From: Promethearchaeati archaeon SRVP18_Atabeyarchaeia-1
Lineage (GTDB): Archaea; Asgardarchaeota; Atabeyarchaeia; Atabeyarchaeales; Atabeyarchaeaceae
Assembly (NCBI GenBank): GCA_037308085.1
Contig: CP147779.1
Location: 2,560,001-2,624,000 of the forward strand
Reading direction: 5' to 3'
Length of the DNA: 64,000 nucleotides
Of this stretch, positions 19,324 to 30,356 are shown piece by piece. The position numbers and the translations under genes were made by a program. The notes beneath the pieces were generated by a model. It did no database searches, had not been told where the DNA came from, and saw only the letters and a list, made by a program, of their open reading frames with translations. Position 1 is the stretch's first letter. Each line of letters begins with the position of its first letter.

Positions 19324-19449
19324 GTTAGCATATAATGGTTGCTAGCTGAGAAAAGCAGATCAGGTGGAGGTAGGGTGTCTCCTCTGCAATATGCCAGTTT
19401 GTTTGATTGGGGAAGAACACTTCCGTAGCCAAATAACTGAAAAGGATGG

Positions 19450-19983
19450 TCAGTAGAGTCTTCGTTTGAGGCTCAGCTCTCTAGTGTTCTCGTTGTAGTT
19501 AAGTAGATCAGCATTTGCCAAGTCATATATGCTTTTCAACACGACGGCTGGCTGGAATCCTGAACTCTTGTTTATTTCATCTCTAGTCAGAACCGCCTTC
19601 TTGCCGTGAAGGAGCCAAAGAATCTTAGCATGAGGTCTACCTTCAAAGACTTCCTCTAACAGCGTCACATAGATGGTCAGAAGCTCCCTGACGTCGACAG
19701 CTTCCGTCTGTTTTCCCGCAAGCTCCTGATAGGTCTTCGAAACCCTCTGAAGCTGATCTTCTATGTCCTTGAGTTGGGAACTCATACCCGCATTATCTTT
19801 TCTGAGCTTGCCTATCTCATCGTCTTTAATCCCGATCTCACTCTGGCTGTCTTCCCCCGACCTTTTCACTATATCAATAGCTTCTCCAACCTTGGTTCGG
19901 AGATCATTGAAGTTCCCCTCGAACTTAGAGAGCAGATCGAGAACGCTCTCCAAAACCGAGGATGCATCGGCACGCGAACTCAT
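19450..19983 (-). CDS. Coiled-coil protein with C-terminal winged helix
   Basis: Heptad-rich N-terminal two thirds; HAKILWLLHG...TRDEINKSSG...VLKSIYDL wHTH-like end. Confidence 0.65.
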   Translation of the reverse strand: MSSRADASSVLESVLDLLSKFEGNFNDLRTKVGEAIDIVKRSGEDSQSEIGIKDDEIGKLRKDNAGMSSQLKDIEDQLQRVSKTYQELAGKQTEAVDVRELLTIYVTLLEEVFEGRPHAKILWLLHGKKAVLTRDEINKSSGFQPAVVLKSIYDLANADLLNYNENTRELSLKRRLY

Positions 19984-20408
19984 TCTTGCTAGACACCCCT
20001 CTCAGTCGATAATACATGATCACTTCTCCGTTCGACTTAAAATCATTTTGGTAGTACCGGAAAAAGGGTATTCCGAGTGTTGCCAGTTTGGCGAGGTGAG
20101 ACCAACGTTTAACTTTTATTGAGGAGTCCAAGAGATTATGAGGTGGCACAACGTAGGTGTCTGGAGGCAGGCATAATCCGTCTCGATTTGTTGCCAAGTG
20201 CGAGCTGCACACTAGTAGTTCAGCGTGCAAGTGCATGATAGCAAATTCTTAAGAATCATTCCCCTCAATAGATCTATGGACTGGGGCCACCGTTCGAACA
20301 TTTAGTGTCTGCGTAGGGAAGAGCCAATATGGACGCTAGTCTTCTGGTTGTCATACTTCTCCCGAGGTGCCAAGTCTGCTCCGATTGCTGATGACTGTGA
20401 GTAGCTAG

Positions 20409-22841
20409 GTGGTTGGACGCTTGTTTGCAGATTTCTTGATTGGCATTGCTCAGCTACTGGAGGGAAAGGACAGAGTCAAGTTACTGAGACTGGCCTTCAG
20501 ATTGCCGAACGATGGTTCCGTTGATTCTGCTCGGGCTTTGTTCGAACTTATTCCCTATCTTAATGTTGATGAGAAGAAAGCTTACTGCACCGAGGTGACA
20601 AAGACTAGCGATTCCGCTTCCCCTTCAAACCTTGTGGCTCTCTTGGGCTGCTATGACTATCTTCCAAGAGATGAGACTACGATAAGAATCAGGACTCAGG
20701 TGGATGTTTGGAGAGAGGGGTTCTCTTCCGTCGACCGGGATGCGTCACAATTCGTCAAGGGTTTTCTATTGTATGGGCTTCAGCAGGGCCTGGCAGCATT
20801 GTTCGATCTTGAGAGAGACTCTATCTCGGCAATTGCGAATCTGGCTCAGCAAGAAGAGCTACTGAATAGGGCACTGTCGCTCTACGAGGGTTCCCGGATC
20901 TGGTCGGCAAGAGTAAGGTTAGCCCGGGCATGGCTACTTTACTATCGCGCACAACGGACTTCCTCGGAGAGATGGTTGCAGTTGCTTGACGAATCCCGAG
21001 AAGAAGCAACCGCGTCTATGAAGGCCCTTCGAGATGTAGCCGATCATGCCTTCATTTACTCTGGGCTCAGGTTGTTGTACTGGATCGATCATTGGAGGCT
21101 CCTATCACTTGAGCCTAAGGAGCAGAGCAAGACTAATCTGATAAGGGAGATGAGACGCATTGCCGAGCAGGCAGTGAGAATTGCTGGAACTTCTTTAGTG
21201 GATCCCGCCAAACTCGCAGCTGCGTATAATAACCTCGGAGGAGCGATCAGATACCAGGCCCAATTCGAGCGTAATCCGATGAGGAGGAGGAAATTGCTTG
21301 TGACTGCGAGAGATATTCACAGCAAGGGAGTCTCAGCCGTTAGAGGGATCAACGATGATTTGCTGCCTCCTCACCTGCACAATGCTGCCTGCAGCTTGAT
21401 CATCTTGTCAAGAACTGAAATGGACGTAGGCAAGATCAGTGAGATGCTCGAAAAAGCTTTGAAAGAGATGGATGAAGTAATCAATCTCCCATCGAGCGCG
21501 GCCTACCCAGAGACACGAGCCTCGGCAATATCACTAAAGGTCAGCTGCATGGACGAGCTCTCCGCCATCAACCCTATTACAGTCACCGATAAGGTTCTCG
21601 CCGAGTTGGATGATCTCAGCAAGGAACTTGACGGGCTTGAAACAAAGGCGAAGGACAAGCATCCCTTAATCTATTCCTACTACAACGTGGCAAGTCATTG
21701 CCTCCTGCTAGCAAGAGCCGGCGGAACGAGCCAGAAGCAACTGGTCGAAAGGGCTGAAATCAATGCGCGGAAGGCCTACAAGATCGCGCTGGAGACAGAA
21801 AGCTATGGTATGATAGGGCTGATCCTCTGGAATATTGCGAGTATCCTCATGGCAAAAGGGATTCTGAACCACGATCCAAGCACTCTTGATCAGGCAATCT
21901 CCACAGTTGAGAAATCCTGTGGAGTACTAGCTGGGACTAGTGGGCTAGCTCTTCCGGAGTCCCAGTCGCTAGCCGCGGAGATCCATATCGTGAAGTACGG
22001 CTATACCGGCGAAGAGGAGGAACTGAAAGCAGCGATCGCAATTTCACGCAACTCGATATCGTACTTGGTGACCCAAAAACGCTTCCAAAGGGCCGCGGAA
22101 GAATCCTTCAAACTGGCCACAATACATATGCTGACTGACGATAACAAGAAAGCGGAAAGCGCTCTGACCGAGGCAGCCATACTATTCAGACGGGCTGGAA
22201 AGAAGGAACCGAGGTTCAAGAATCTGTACGGTAATTTCTCAGTAACTTGTAAGGCCGTTAAGAGATTGGTTCAAGCTCAGACCGCCTACAGATCCGGGCG
22301 GCAACTAGCCGCTAAGCTTCTCGCGGAACATGCTGAGCGAGAGATGATCAAGGCAAATGCCAGGTGGAGGGAAGTCTGGCTTGTTAGAGGATTCAAAGAG
22401 CTAGTGGCAGGAAACTTTGAGGAGGCAAAGAGAAACCTTACTAGAGTCATCAAGGGCTCACTCGGTTCTCTTGATGATCAGAACCCCACAACGACCGGCT
22501 ACACAGCCAAGAAGCTCGTGGACTTCATCGAGCAAGACACAGATAAAAAGAAGTTTCCGCCAACCATAATCGACTTGCCCCTCAGGGCCGATGTCGTATT
22601 CACAGCCTTCAAATTGAGTAGGATAAGCCAGCAGCTCTCGTCGGTACCAAGCCTCGCAACGTATTCGGAGCAGGAAGAACTTGGTATAGAAGAGATACGT
22701 GAGCTGATTAGCAGGCTAGTTCAAACCGAGGGCAAGGAAGAAAGCGCAGGTAACTCAGTCAGCGCTCAGTCTAATAAGCGGGAACGTAAGAACAGGCTCC
22801 ATCCAGAAGCAGAGAAGACCTCAAGAGGTTCCAACCCATGA
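20409..22841 (+). CDS. Large alpha-helical (TPR-like) repeat protein
   Basis: 810 aa, Ala/Leu-rich helices with AAAYNNLG, LHNAA and ILWNIA TPR-type motifs. Confidence 0.7.
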   Translation: MVGRLFADFLIGIAQLLEGKDRVKLLRLAFRLPNDGSVDSARALFELIPYLNVDEKKAYCTEVTKTSDSASPSNLVALLGCYDYLPRDETTIRIRTQVDVWREGFSSVDRDASQFVKGFLLYGLQQGLAALFDLERDSISAIANLAQQEELLNRALSLYEGSRIWSARVRLARAWLLYYRAQRTSSERWLQLLDESREEATASMKALRDVADHAFIYSGLRLLYWIDHWRLLSLEPKEQSKTNLIREMRRIAEQAVRIAGTSLVDPAKLAAAYNNLGGAIRYQAQFERNPMRRRKLLVTARDIHSKGVSAVRGINDDLLPPHLHNAACSLIILSRTEMDVGKISEMLEKALKEMDEVINLPSSAAYPETRASAISLKVSCMDELSAINPITVTDKVLAELDDLSKELDGLETKAKDKHPLIYSYYNVASHCLLLARAGGTSQKQLVERAEINARKAYKIALETESYGMIGLILWNIASILMAKGILNHDPSTLDQAISTVEKSCGVLAGTSGLALPESQSLAAEIHIVKYGYTGEEEELKAAIAISRNSISYLVTQKRFQRAAEESFKLATIHMLTDDNKKAESALTEAAILFRRAGKKEPRFKNLYGNFSVTCKAVKRLVQAQTAYRSGRQLAAKLLAEHAEREMIKANARWREVWLVRGFKELVAGNFEEAKRNLTRVIKGSLGSLDDQNPTTTGYTAKKLVDFIEQDTDKKKFPPTIIDLPLRADVVFTAFKLSRISQQLSSVPSLATYSEQEELGIEEIRELISRLVQTEGKEESAGNSVSAQSNKRERKNRLHPEAEKTSRGSNP

Positions 22842-23305
22842 GCGCAAACAAGGCATACATAGTGATCAGATGCCCGAACTGTGGGTTTTATAGCCTTGCT
22901 TCCCCTGGGCAGAAGACGCGGCTATGTGTAAGGTGCGGCAAAACGGCCAAGTTGGGAGACTCTTATGCCCGCAGAGCGGAGAACTTCAAGGAAGCGCAGA
23001 AGCTTATGGGGGAACTAAACCGCAAAAGAGAATCTGAAACAATTTGTGAGACCAGTGGACTCCAGACCATGCCTTACAAGAGTGACCCGATTTTGGACCA
23101 AGCCAAGACGAGTAACAGAGGCCTTCTCAGAACTTTCCGGGAGGTTCTCCTAAGGTATGCGGATAAGGAAGCAGAGATGACGGAGTTTCTTGAGGAATGC
23201 GAACAGCATGGCATACCTAGAGAGTACGCCCAGAAGTTAATCAGAGAGTTAGAGAACAGTGGTCAGGCTTACAGACCTGAGAAAGACAAGATAAGATTCA
23301 TCTGA
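22838..23305 (+). CDS. Zinc-ribbon (DUF1922-like) + C-terminal wHTH protein
   Basis: YIVIRCPNCG...RLCVRCG; C-terminal LIRELENSGQAYRP; ATGA overlap with upstream gene. Confidence 0.75.
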   Translation: MSANKAYIVIRCPNCGFYSLASPGQKTRLCVRCGKTAKLGDSYARRAENFKEAQKLMGELNRKRESETICETSGLQTMPYKSDPILDQAKTSNRGLLRTFREVLLRYADKEAEMTEFLEECEQHGIPREYAQKLIRELENSGQAYRPEKDKIRFI

Positions 23306-23414
23306 GAGCCGAGTTCGCGTCGCACGGACAGCGAGTTTCCGAGATGTTGCCTATTCGTCGTTGCTCCATCCTTTTGCAGCCCGACTACTTCTTCAGGCTC
23401 CTACGATGAAGCTT

Positions 23415-26400
23415 TCATGAACTCTCCCTCGTTCGCGCATCATTTGACGCTCGGCGCTCGTTGTTCTGAGTATCCGAGGATTCCAAATTTCTCCGCTTTG
23501 TCCTCAGTAGGTAAGCTGTCGTGATCAGCCCTCCTGAGGAGGTTATAAGCCCTATTCCGAGTGGGGTTGAGAGGGCGCCCAGCAAGGAATTGATCCAGGT
23601 CACTCCTTGGTCGTCACCGGTCGGACCGCCTCCTCCATCGTGAGGTGAACTTGAACCCACCTTAAGCACTATCTCATTCGAGGTGCACCCCAAGTAGAAG
23701 TTGGTTGAACCAAACACTGTGTGAACCGAATAGCTCCCATTTTCTTTGACAGTGAAAAGTACCAGCGCTTCCCCATCTACGCTCGTAGTGGCTGGTACGT
23801 CGATTATCGTTCCTAAGGGATCAAATACAACGAAGTCTACGCTTGCATTCGCCACCTGTTTCCCGCAAGATACTTCAGTCAATCGTGTGCTAAACTGCAC
23901 CGTATGACCGGTGTCAACCCGCTCTAGGGCAGTGCAGTTCGAGTATACTGACAGCTGAGTTGGCGTCTTGTCGACCGTAATTGCCTTTTCTGCCTCCGAG
24001 GAATCGAGTCCACTTGAACCTTCGAAGACGGCTTTCAAGATGTATACGCCCGACGAGTGGGGCCTCCAGCTAAAAGTCGCCAGACCCCGCGAATCCGATG
24101 CAGAGTTTTCGACAAATGAATTATTGGCGCAGAAAGCGATCTGCAACCCCTGGATCGGCGTCTCGCTCTTATTCAGTGCACATATCAACACTGCCACAGA
24201 GGTATTTGATGTCGTTAAGTATTCGCCGTCTGCCGGCTGGGTAAATGATATTTGCGTATGGGTATTATTGGCACCCCCTTCTCCCAGCAGTACTTCGACA
24301 CGCGTCTGGGCGAAGCTGGTCTGATATGTTCCTTCTGAGCACTTGATGACAAGGTTCTGTGTTCCAAGAATCTCTACGTCCCTGGCGACTGCGACTCTCG
24401 CGGAGTAGTGACCAGCTCCCAATGTTGTCTCAATGGCTGAGTACTCATATGTTCCCAGCCTAAGCATTAGTGTAGCATACGCAACCGGAAGCATGAAGTG
24501 GTCATCCAAAACCGTGCAGTTCACTGAATAACTGGATCCCTGATGCATTGTTGCTGGAGCCTCGAGGTTGCTTGCGACGAGTCTAATCGGTCTGGCAGTG
24601 ATCCAAGTGCTGTTGTAGTGGCTGAGGATCTCGATAGCCATTCTGGTCGTGTCTAGCTCATACAAGGCAGATCCGTCAGACTTGAATGCTCCGTTCGGCT
24701 TCTGAGAGCTCCTGATGAACTCAACTAGCCTAGTGGCATTTATGGTAGACAGTTTGTTGAGGGCTTCAAGGCCCTTGAATGAGTAATACGTGTCAACCAG
24801 ATTCGAGTATAGATACGATTGCAGGAACTCTGTTGTCCTACCGTAATCTACACCGGACAACCCATTCAGCAGTTTGAGGGTCATCAGAGCGATTGAGGTG
24901 GTCTCAGTGGCTGAGTATGGTCCGAGGATATAGCTGTCGCCTGCGAATGAGCCCACTGAGGGTTTGTATAGGTTCATTATTTTGTTGACCGTCATAGTCG
25001 CGTTGGGCAAATGGCTTGGAAAGCTGTTAGAATAACCCAGAAAGCCAGCTAGCTCAAAGAGACAGTTGAGAGCATGGTACGTGTACTGCAAACCTGCCGT
25101 GAGGTTGCTGACTGAGTCGCTTGGCATATCCTTGTAGTAGCCTGCGGCAGACCCCGTGATTATCTCGCAAAGCGTGATTTGGTTCCAAAGTTCTTGTGCA
25201 TGTATGTTAAGCCAAGTCTTGGCGTCTAGGTCCATGAGAGATTGGAGAGCCAGATCATCTATTATCACTCCTCGTTTTCCCCTTTGGAGGGATGTGAACT
25301 CGTATGGCGGGTCAAGATTCTCATACCCATAGAGATCTGAGCTCTGAGGGTAGGAATATCTTGACCATTCGAATGTTACATGTGCCGAATCGTATGTGGA
25401 GATAATGAAGGCAGTTAGGGAACTTGAACTGGATGGCTCAATCGCGCCCAAGTTGTTGAGTATGCTTGTTGCGTCGCAAGTATGCCAGATGTTCGAGAGA
25501 GTATGAGGAACGTTCGCGAAACCGTAGGTCGGTGCTGGGCATAGGCATCTTGTGATGAATCCGACAAATCCGTCGAGACTCCGTATTGCAGCTATCTGAT
25601 CCAGCCGTTGTAGCCCTAGTATGACAGGGTAACAATCCACGACCTCATCTATGGGCTCGTCCGTGCAGTTAGCTCCAGACCATCCTCCGTCCCCAAACTG
25701 AGCCGACAAGAGGTAACGCGCGACACGGGACTCATCGATGTCTGCGAGTTTACCGATCATCGACAAGCTCGCAACCGAATAGCCTGTCCCATAATTAACT
25801 GAATAGCGTTCGTTGAAAAGATGATCATCATAGAACACCCCCCTCAAGGGATCATATCCCTTCATCAACCACTGCTCCGTGAGGTTCAGATCTGCTGATC
25901 CCGCCCCGTTTAGGAGCTCGAGGCATGCCAGTGCCATGAATGTGCACATGGCTGAGGACACCGCCCCTGGATGATTGGCGAATCCACCGTAGTTCGCCGT
26001 GTCCAGCGGGTTCAAGTTCTGGCATGAGAGAACGTAGTCGACCGCCTTCGCGGTGTCGATACGCGTAAACGCACCTGTAGCATTTAGCCCCATGAGAGCC
26101 CAGTATGTATTTGTGAGGCTTTTCGCCGAGTCTCCAGGATACCGGACGAATCCGTCTGTTAGTTGGCACGACCCAATGTAGATTGAGGTTTTCGATGAGT
26201 TGACCTGGTTCATCCTTCCGAGCTCGGAGAGGATCTTGATGGACATTCCCGTCTCTGCTATGCCGGACCACTGGATGGGTGACAAGTACATGTTTGGAGA
26301 GTGGAAGAAACCTTGTGATGGGGAGTAGCAGTATGCCGTGAGCCAATCAGCCAAAGCGGATGAGTTTATCGCGCTGATCCTTCCTGCTAGTCTGAGCGAT

Positions 26401-27377
26401 TCATAGGCGTAGTACGTTGGTGCCACTTGCGGCTCGAAGTAGTCGGCGTAGCCGGCTGTCCAGTAAGTCGACTTTGATGGATCGAGGCTCTCGTCTCCCG
26501 CAAGGAAGTTTAGGATCAGCCTTAGATCTGTCAGTCCGCCCATCCACTCTACGGTATTGATGAAGAGGTGGCAGCCATTCGCGTTCAACATGCTGGGATC
26601 TTTGAAGGCCCACCAAAGGATCCGCCCACCTATCCCTTGAGCACTGTAAAGGGCCCCGATGACAGGTCTTGCGCAGCCCTCCATGCAACTCAGCGAGTAT
26701 AGGCAATTGATCGTGTGGTCGGGGTAGGATTCAAGGCTGACGACATGCGAGAATATTTCGATAGAACCCGGCACGCCGAACCCGGCTTCGGAGATAAGGT
26801 AAGGAGACGAGTAGATCGGATGGTCAAACATGCCGCTAGCTTTCTGAACGATGCTGGAGGCACTTATCTGACCCATCCCTCCAGTATAGTTTGCAAGTCC
26901 ATCGATGACTCCATGCGCCTCGCCAAACAGGATTAGAGGCCTTCCAAGGCTGGCGAGTGCCACAGCCTCTCCTCTGCTTATTGCGCTCCCATTGTTACCT
27001 CCACAAGAGTGATCAACGAGAATCAGGTCGTAGTCCTGCATTAGATCAGTATTCCCTAAGGCTTCCTGAAGAGAGAGCAGATAGACATGATAGCCCACGT
27101 CGGTGAGAAGAGAACTCCAGCCGTCTGCAAATACCTGCAAGCCAGTTGACAAGTCATAAAGGATGAGGATGCTAATGCTGGATGTAGGATAGTAGAAGTA
27201 TTGTGAAGGAGACCGATACGAATAGGGGGTTGGTTGACCACTGACCTGCGTCGGCTTGCCTGCGGTGGGAGAGGATAAGGCAGCTGGCTGAGTTCCTGTA
27301 AGAGTTGCTAGGAGGACCATGATTATGGTTGCACCAGCCATCGAGCTCGTTCGGCAGCTGCTGTGGTTGCGATGCAT
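23415..27377 (-). CDS. Large cell-surface protein with prenyltransferase/squalene-cyclase (alpha/alpha barrel) repeats, Ig-like domains and C-terminal TM anchor
   Basis: Signal-like N-terminus; repeats such as SCQLTDGF, SCQNL..YGGF, SAQFGDGGW, SSQKPNGAF with TYWAL/TYYSF; Big-like stretches (GVYILKAVFEG, GSYSVHTVFGS); TM plus KRR tail. Confidence 0.8.
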   Translation of the reverse strand: MHRNHSSCRTSSMAGATIIMVLLATLTGTQPAALSSPTAGKPTQVSGQPTPYSYRSPSQYFYYPTSSISILILYDLSTGLQVFADGWSSLLTDVGYHVYLLSLQEALGNTDLMQDYDLILVDHSCGGNNGSAISRGEAVALASLGRPLILFGEAHGVIDGLANYTGGMGQISASSIVQKASGMFDHPIYSSPYLISEAGFGVPGSIEIFSHVVSLESYPDHTINCLYSLSCMEGCARPVIGALYSAQGIGGRILWWAFKDPSMLNANGCHLFINTVEWMGGLTDLRLILNFLAGDESLDPSKSTYWTAGYADYFEPQVAPTYYAYESLRLAGRISAINSSALADWLTAYCYSPSQGFFHSPNMYLSPIQWSGIAETGMSIKILSELGRMNQVNSSKTSIYIGSCQLTDGFVRYPGDSAKSLTNTYWALMGLNATGAFTRIDTAKAVDYVLSCQNLNPLDTANYGGFANHPGAVSSAMCTFMALACLELLNGAGSADLNLTEQWLMKGYDPLRGVFYDDHLFNERYSVNYGTGYSVASLSMIGKLADIDESRVARYLLSAQFGDGGWSGANCTDEPIDEVVDCYPVILGLQRLDQIAAIRSLDGFVGFITRCLCPAPTYGFANVPHTLSNIWHTCDATSILNNLGAIEPSSSSSLTAFIISTYDSAHVTFEWSRYSYPQSSDLYGYENLDPPYEFTSLQRGKRGVIIDDLALQSLMDLDAKTWLNIHAQELWNQITLCEIITGSAAGYYKDMPSDSVSNLTAGLQYTYHALNCLFELAGFLGYSNSFPSHLPNATMTVNKIMNLYKPSVGSFAGDSYILGPYSATETTSIALMTLKLLNGLSGVDYGRTTEFLQSYLYSNLVDTYYSFKGLEALNKLSTINATRLVEFIRSSQKPNGAFKSDGSALYELDTTRMAIEILSHYNSTWITARPIRLVASNLEAPATMHQGSSYSVNCTVLDDHFMLPVAYATLMLRLGTYEYSAIETTLGAGHYSARVAVARDVEILGTQNLVIKCSEGTYQTSFAQTRVEVLLGEGGANNTHTQISFTQPADGEYLTTSNTSVAVLICALNKSETPIQGLQIAFCANNSFVENSASDSRGLATFSWRPHSSGVYILKAVFEGSSGLDSSEAEKAITVDKTPTQLSVYSNCTALERVDTGHTVQFSTRLTEVSCGKQVANASVDFVVFDPLGTIIDVPATTSVDGEALVLFTVKENGSYSVHTVFGSTNFYLGCTSNEIVLKVGSSSPHDGGGGPTGDDQGVTWINSLLGALSTPLGIGLITSSGGLITTAYLLRTKRRNLESSDTQNNERRASNDARTRESS

Positions 27378-27470
27378 TTTACTTAGAACCTCCCTTGGGC
27401 ATGCTAAAAATGCGTCAGGCGCCGGTAGTATTTAAGACTAAAACAAGCAAGCGAGACTACTCATAATCGC

Positions 27471-29069
27471 CTAATGCGATTGAGTCTCGTCGGCGAGACA
27501 TGCATCCAACGAGTCTGCTGGGGTATCTTCTTTGGGAGCTTGATGCATAGGTCCTTCTCCAAATGGGGTCAATATCGAAATCATTCGCCGACCATTCAAT
27601 CTGCCAGAAGGAATTGGGCATTCTCTTCTGACTACCGATCTCAGCATCTCTGGCGGAAGACGATCTATGCGTAGCACAGAATTGCGCGCGGTTCCCGATA
27701 TCTTGACTCTGAGTAGTCTCGCAATGTTCTCCACAGTGACCGGATCACCTATGAGAGTTATGCTTGCCTCAAAGTAACCCGAATTCTCTGCGTCCCTCAG
27801 CTGCCGAAGTTTGGCCCTGATCTCATTAACGATATTGGCGGCTTGCTGCGTCTTCTCGCGCCTGAAAAACATATCCTTCGTCAAGCCTTCATTAAAATTT
27901 GCCCCGCTGTTGATCCCATCCATGAACCGTGCCATCGTAGCCTGATAGGCTTCTCCAAGTCTTCTCATTTCCTGCCCCAAGGTTGCGTCCGACAGCGGTC
28001 TCACCTGGATGACGAAGGCGAAATCGCAGGGCTGACCATGCGCCAGCGCTTCCTCAATAAATCCATCCAGCAAGCTGGCTTCATTACTACCTTCAGTCAT
28101 TGGCAAATCTGATAAATGCATTATACGAAGTTTTCTCGTGCAATCAGGTCCCCTGCTTAAGGTCAATTTTGCATTACGACCATCACTTTCAATTTCACTC
28201 AGATTTTCAATTGCGACGAAAAGAGGCATCATCAGAACTCTCTCAGCGTCACCGATGCTATCAACTTCGGTAACAAAATGTGATGCAGATCGATTCAGTC
28301 TCAGATGCTTTGACAAGTTACTTGTGAACTCGTCCAAGATGGATCTGCATCTGCGGTAGTCTCTTCCCTCGCACGCTGCAGCTATTATTGCCCGCGGCTT
28401 CTGGTCTTGGCAGTGAAGCTCGTAACTGATCTCTATACCAAGTTTCCGAGCCTCGGTTAGTTGACCGGACAGGATCTTGGCCGCCTCGTTGTGAAGGCTC
28501 CTCAGTTGAGCCTGGCAGTTATCCGGGTGAACACTCTGTTCCTCCATTTCAATGAATTTCATGACTCTGAATCCTCTTCTGCCGGCATTGAAGACCACAT
28601 GTCCCGACTCGACTCCCTTTGGAGTTAGATTGTCTTTCGATAGCCGGCAGTAACGTATTCGAGTCGCGTAAGGGGACGACGCATCTGCCGATGCCCAGAG
28701 CCTCCTCCAGAAGGCAAGATAGGCGAGGCAAGGAAGAAGCGGAGCCGTGAATTCCAGAATCGCACTTGAGGGAGTTGAAATCTGGATTGAGGAAATAGCT
28801 CCGAATATGAATGCCGACGGAATGATGACGAAGCATAGTAACTTCTTCAGACCGGAAAGAAATCCCGATCGTCTAGACTCCATTGTGAGAGTGGCGAAGA
28901 CCGATAGCAGGAGCAAGGTGAGGGCCGCAAGAAAGATAGGACTGAGCCCAGATGCAAACGAAAGGATCCTTGCCACGATCTGAAGCGCGAGAAAGAATCC
29001 CACAATAGCAAACACTAATTTAAGGAACGATTTGTTGAAGAATAGACCTATCAACCCCATCGCTAGCAC
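27471..29069 (-). CDS. Membrane protein (4 N-terminal TM) with soluble domain resembling the non-ATPase N-terminal part of VirB4/HerA-like proteins
   Basis: Hydrophobic N-terminus; ISYELH, FAFVIQVRP, GYFEASITL; no Walker motif. Confidence 0.5.
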   Translation of the reverse strand: MLAMGLIGLFFNKSFLKLVFAIVGFFLALQIVARILSFASGLSPIFLAALTLLLLSVFATLTMESRRSGFLSGLKKLLCFVIIPSAFIFGAISSIQISTPSSAILEFTAPLLPCLAYLAFWRRLWASADASSPYATRIRYCRLSKDNLTPKGVESGHVVFNAGRRGFRVMKFIEMEEQSVHPDNCQAQLRSLHNEAAKILSGQLTEARKLGIEISYELHCQDQKPRAIIAAACEGRDYRRCRSILDEFTSNLSKHLRLNRSASHFVTEVDSIGDAERVLMMPLFVAIENLSEIESDGRNAKLTLSRGPDCTRKLRIMHLSDLPMTEGSNEASLLDGFIEEALAHGQPCDFAFVIQVRPLSDATLGQEMRRLGEAYQATMARFMDGINSGANFNEGLTKDMFFRREKTQQAANIVNEIRAKLRQLRDAENSGYFEASITLIGDPVTVENIARLLRVKISGTARNSVLRIDRLPPEMLRSVVRRECPIPSGRLNGRRMISILTPFGEGPMHQAPKEDTPADSLDACLADETQSH

Positions 29070-29546
29070 CAGACCACTAATCTACCTAAGGGAACTGGAC
29101 GTTCATCAAGCCAGGCGGAAGTCTTCATCATCGCAGATCGGCTCAGCGAGTAATCCCTTATAAGACTAAGAAAGCTGGTGTCTACCCTCCAAGACAGGGC
29201 GATTTCTCCTACCCCCAGAGGGCGTTGTCTTCCTTCCAACGAGCATTTGATGATGGCAAGGGACGGGGCTGAATGAGGAGTCTTTTTGTCATAGTCTATC
29301 AACATGCCTGGCCCTGGTTCACGCCCAACTCAGAAGACGGCGCAATTTGCCCAACTGCATAGGCAATGAGAACAGCTTTCTGGATTCCGTACTTGGAGCG
29401 GTAGCGAAAAACTTGGCCTGCTGCTCAGAAGACGACGTGCAGGTCGTTTTCTTGCATCGCCTAAGCGCTACCCGCCTGTCTCGGTGCAAAGGTGCTTGGT
29501 CAAACTGGATTTAGTTTGGTCTGAACTTGGTTAGACAGGTCCCATT

Positions 29547-30356
29547 TCAGATCAGAACTTCTGAGATTTCCTTGATGCATCTCGTGTAGGTGTGATTCGG
29601 GTTGTTCAGGATGAACAATGAGCTCAGCTTGCTCAGCATGACGTCACACAGGCATGGAATAATTGTTGCGACGGGGTACTTCAGTCTCTTCTCGAGACCC
29701 CGCTTCATTTTTTCTTTGTCTTCATCCTTTGACATCGCGCTAGGGTATGCAAAATTCACTACTATGTGGGGGTCAAGGGGCTGCAACTGGCGGTAGAAGC
29801 CTTTGATGAGTTTTTCTGTCCCAATGAGGTCGGGAGTGTCCATTCTCGTGAGCAGGAGCAACTTGTCACTTGAAACCATTGCGTTCACTGAGGAGTGGGC
29901 AACGCCGGGGCTCGTATCGAATATGACGTAGTCGTATTTTAGTTCGTCCAATGCAGTTCCTTTGAGTTTGCTGACTTTCATTAGAGCACTCATTTGCCAT
30001 TGCTCGGCAAGAAGCTTCAGCGTGATCAGATCTATGGATTGGGGGGAGGAGTCAGCCAAGATGACATCCATCGGCAGATCTAGTTTAGGTGGGTGGATTA
30101 TGACCTGTTTAAGGTCAATCTTGCCAAAAAGGTAGTCATTCACGTAGGCTGCAACTTCATCGTCACCTATTCCGAACAAAGCTTGAATGCTTGGCGCCCT
30201 GAAATCCATGTCAACAAGAAGCACCCTTTTTCCGAGTTGCCCAAGGTATATAGACAGATTAGACGCAACCGAGGTCTTCCCTGTACCTCCTTTATAGCTG
30301 TGAACGGAGACCGCCATTTTTCCGTGACCATCACCCTTCTTGTTGCTACTCATCAT
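29547..30356 (-). CDS. MinD/ParA-family ATPase
   Basis: SYKGGTGKT deviant Walker A, LLVDMDFRAP, DYVIFDTSPG. Confidence 0.92.
   Translation of the reverse strand: MMSSNKKGDGHGKMAVSVHSYKGGTGKTSVASNLSIYLGQLGKRVLLVDMDFRAPSIQALFGIGDDEVAAYVNDYLFGKIDLKQVIIHPPKLDLPMDVILADSSPQSIDLITLKLLAEQWQMSALMKVSKLKGTALDELKYDYVIFDTSPGVAHSSVNAMVSSDKLLLLTRMDTPDLIGTEKLIKGFYRQLQPLDPHIVVNFAYPSAMSKDEDKEKMKRGLEKRLKYPVATIIPCLCDVMLSKLSSLFILNNPNHTYTRCIKEISEVLI

Noticed and set aside
29063-29305. 80-aa ORF upstream of the 532-aa membrane protein
   Set aside because: Overlaps the likely promoter (TTATAA near 29160) and has no protein-like features
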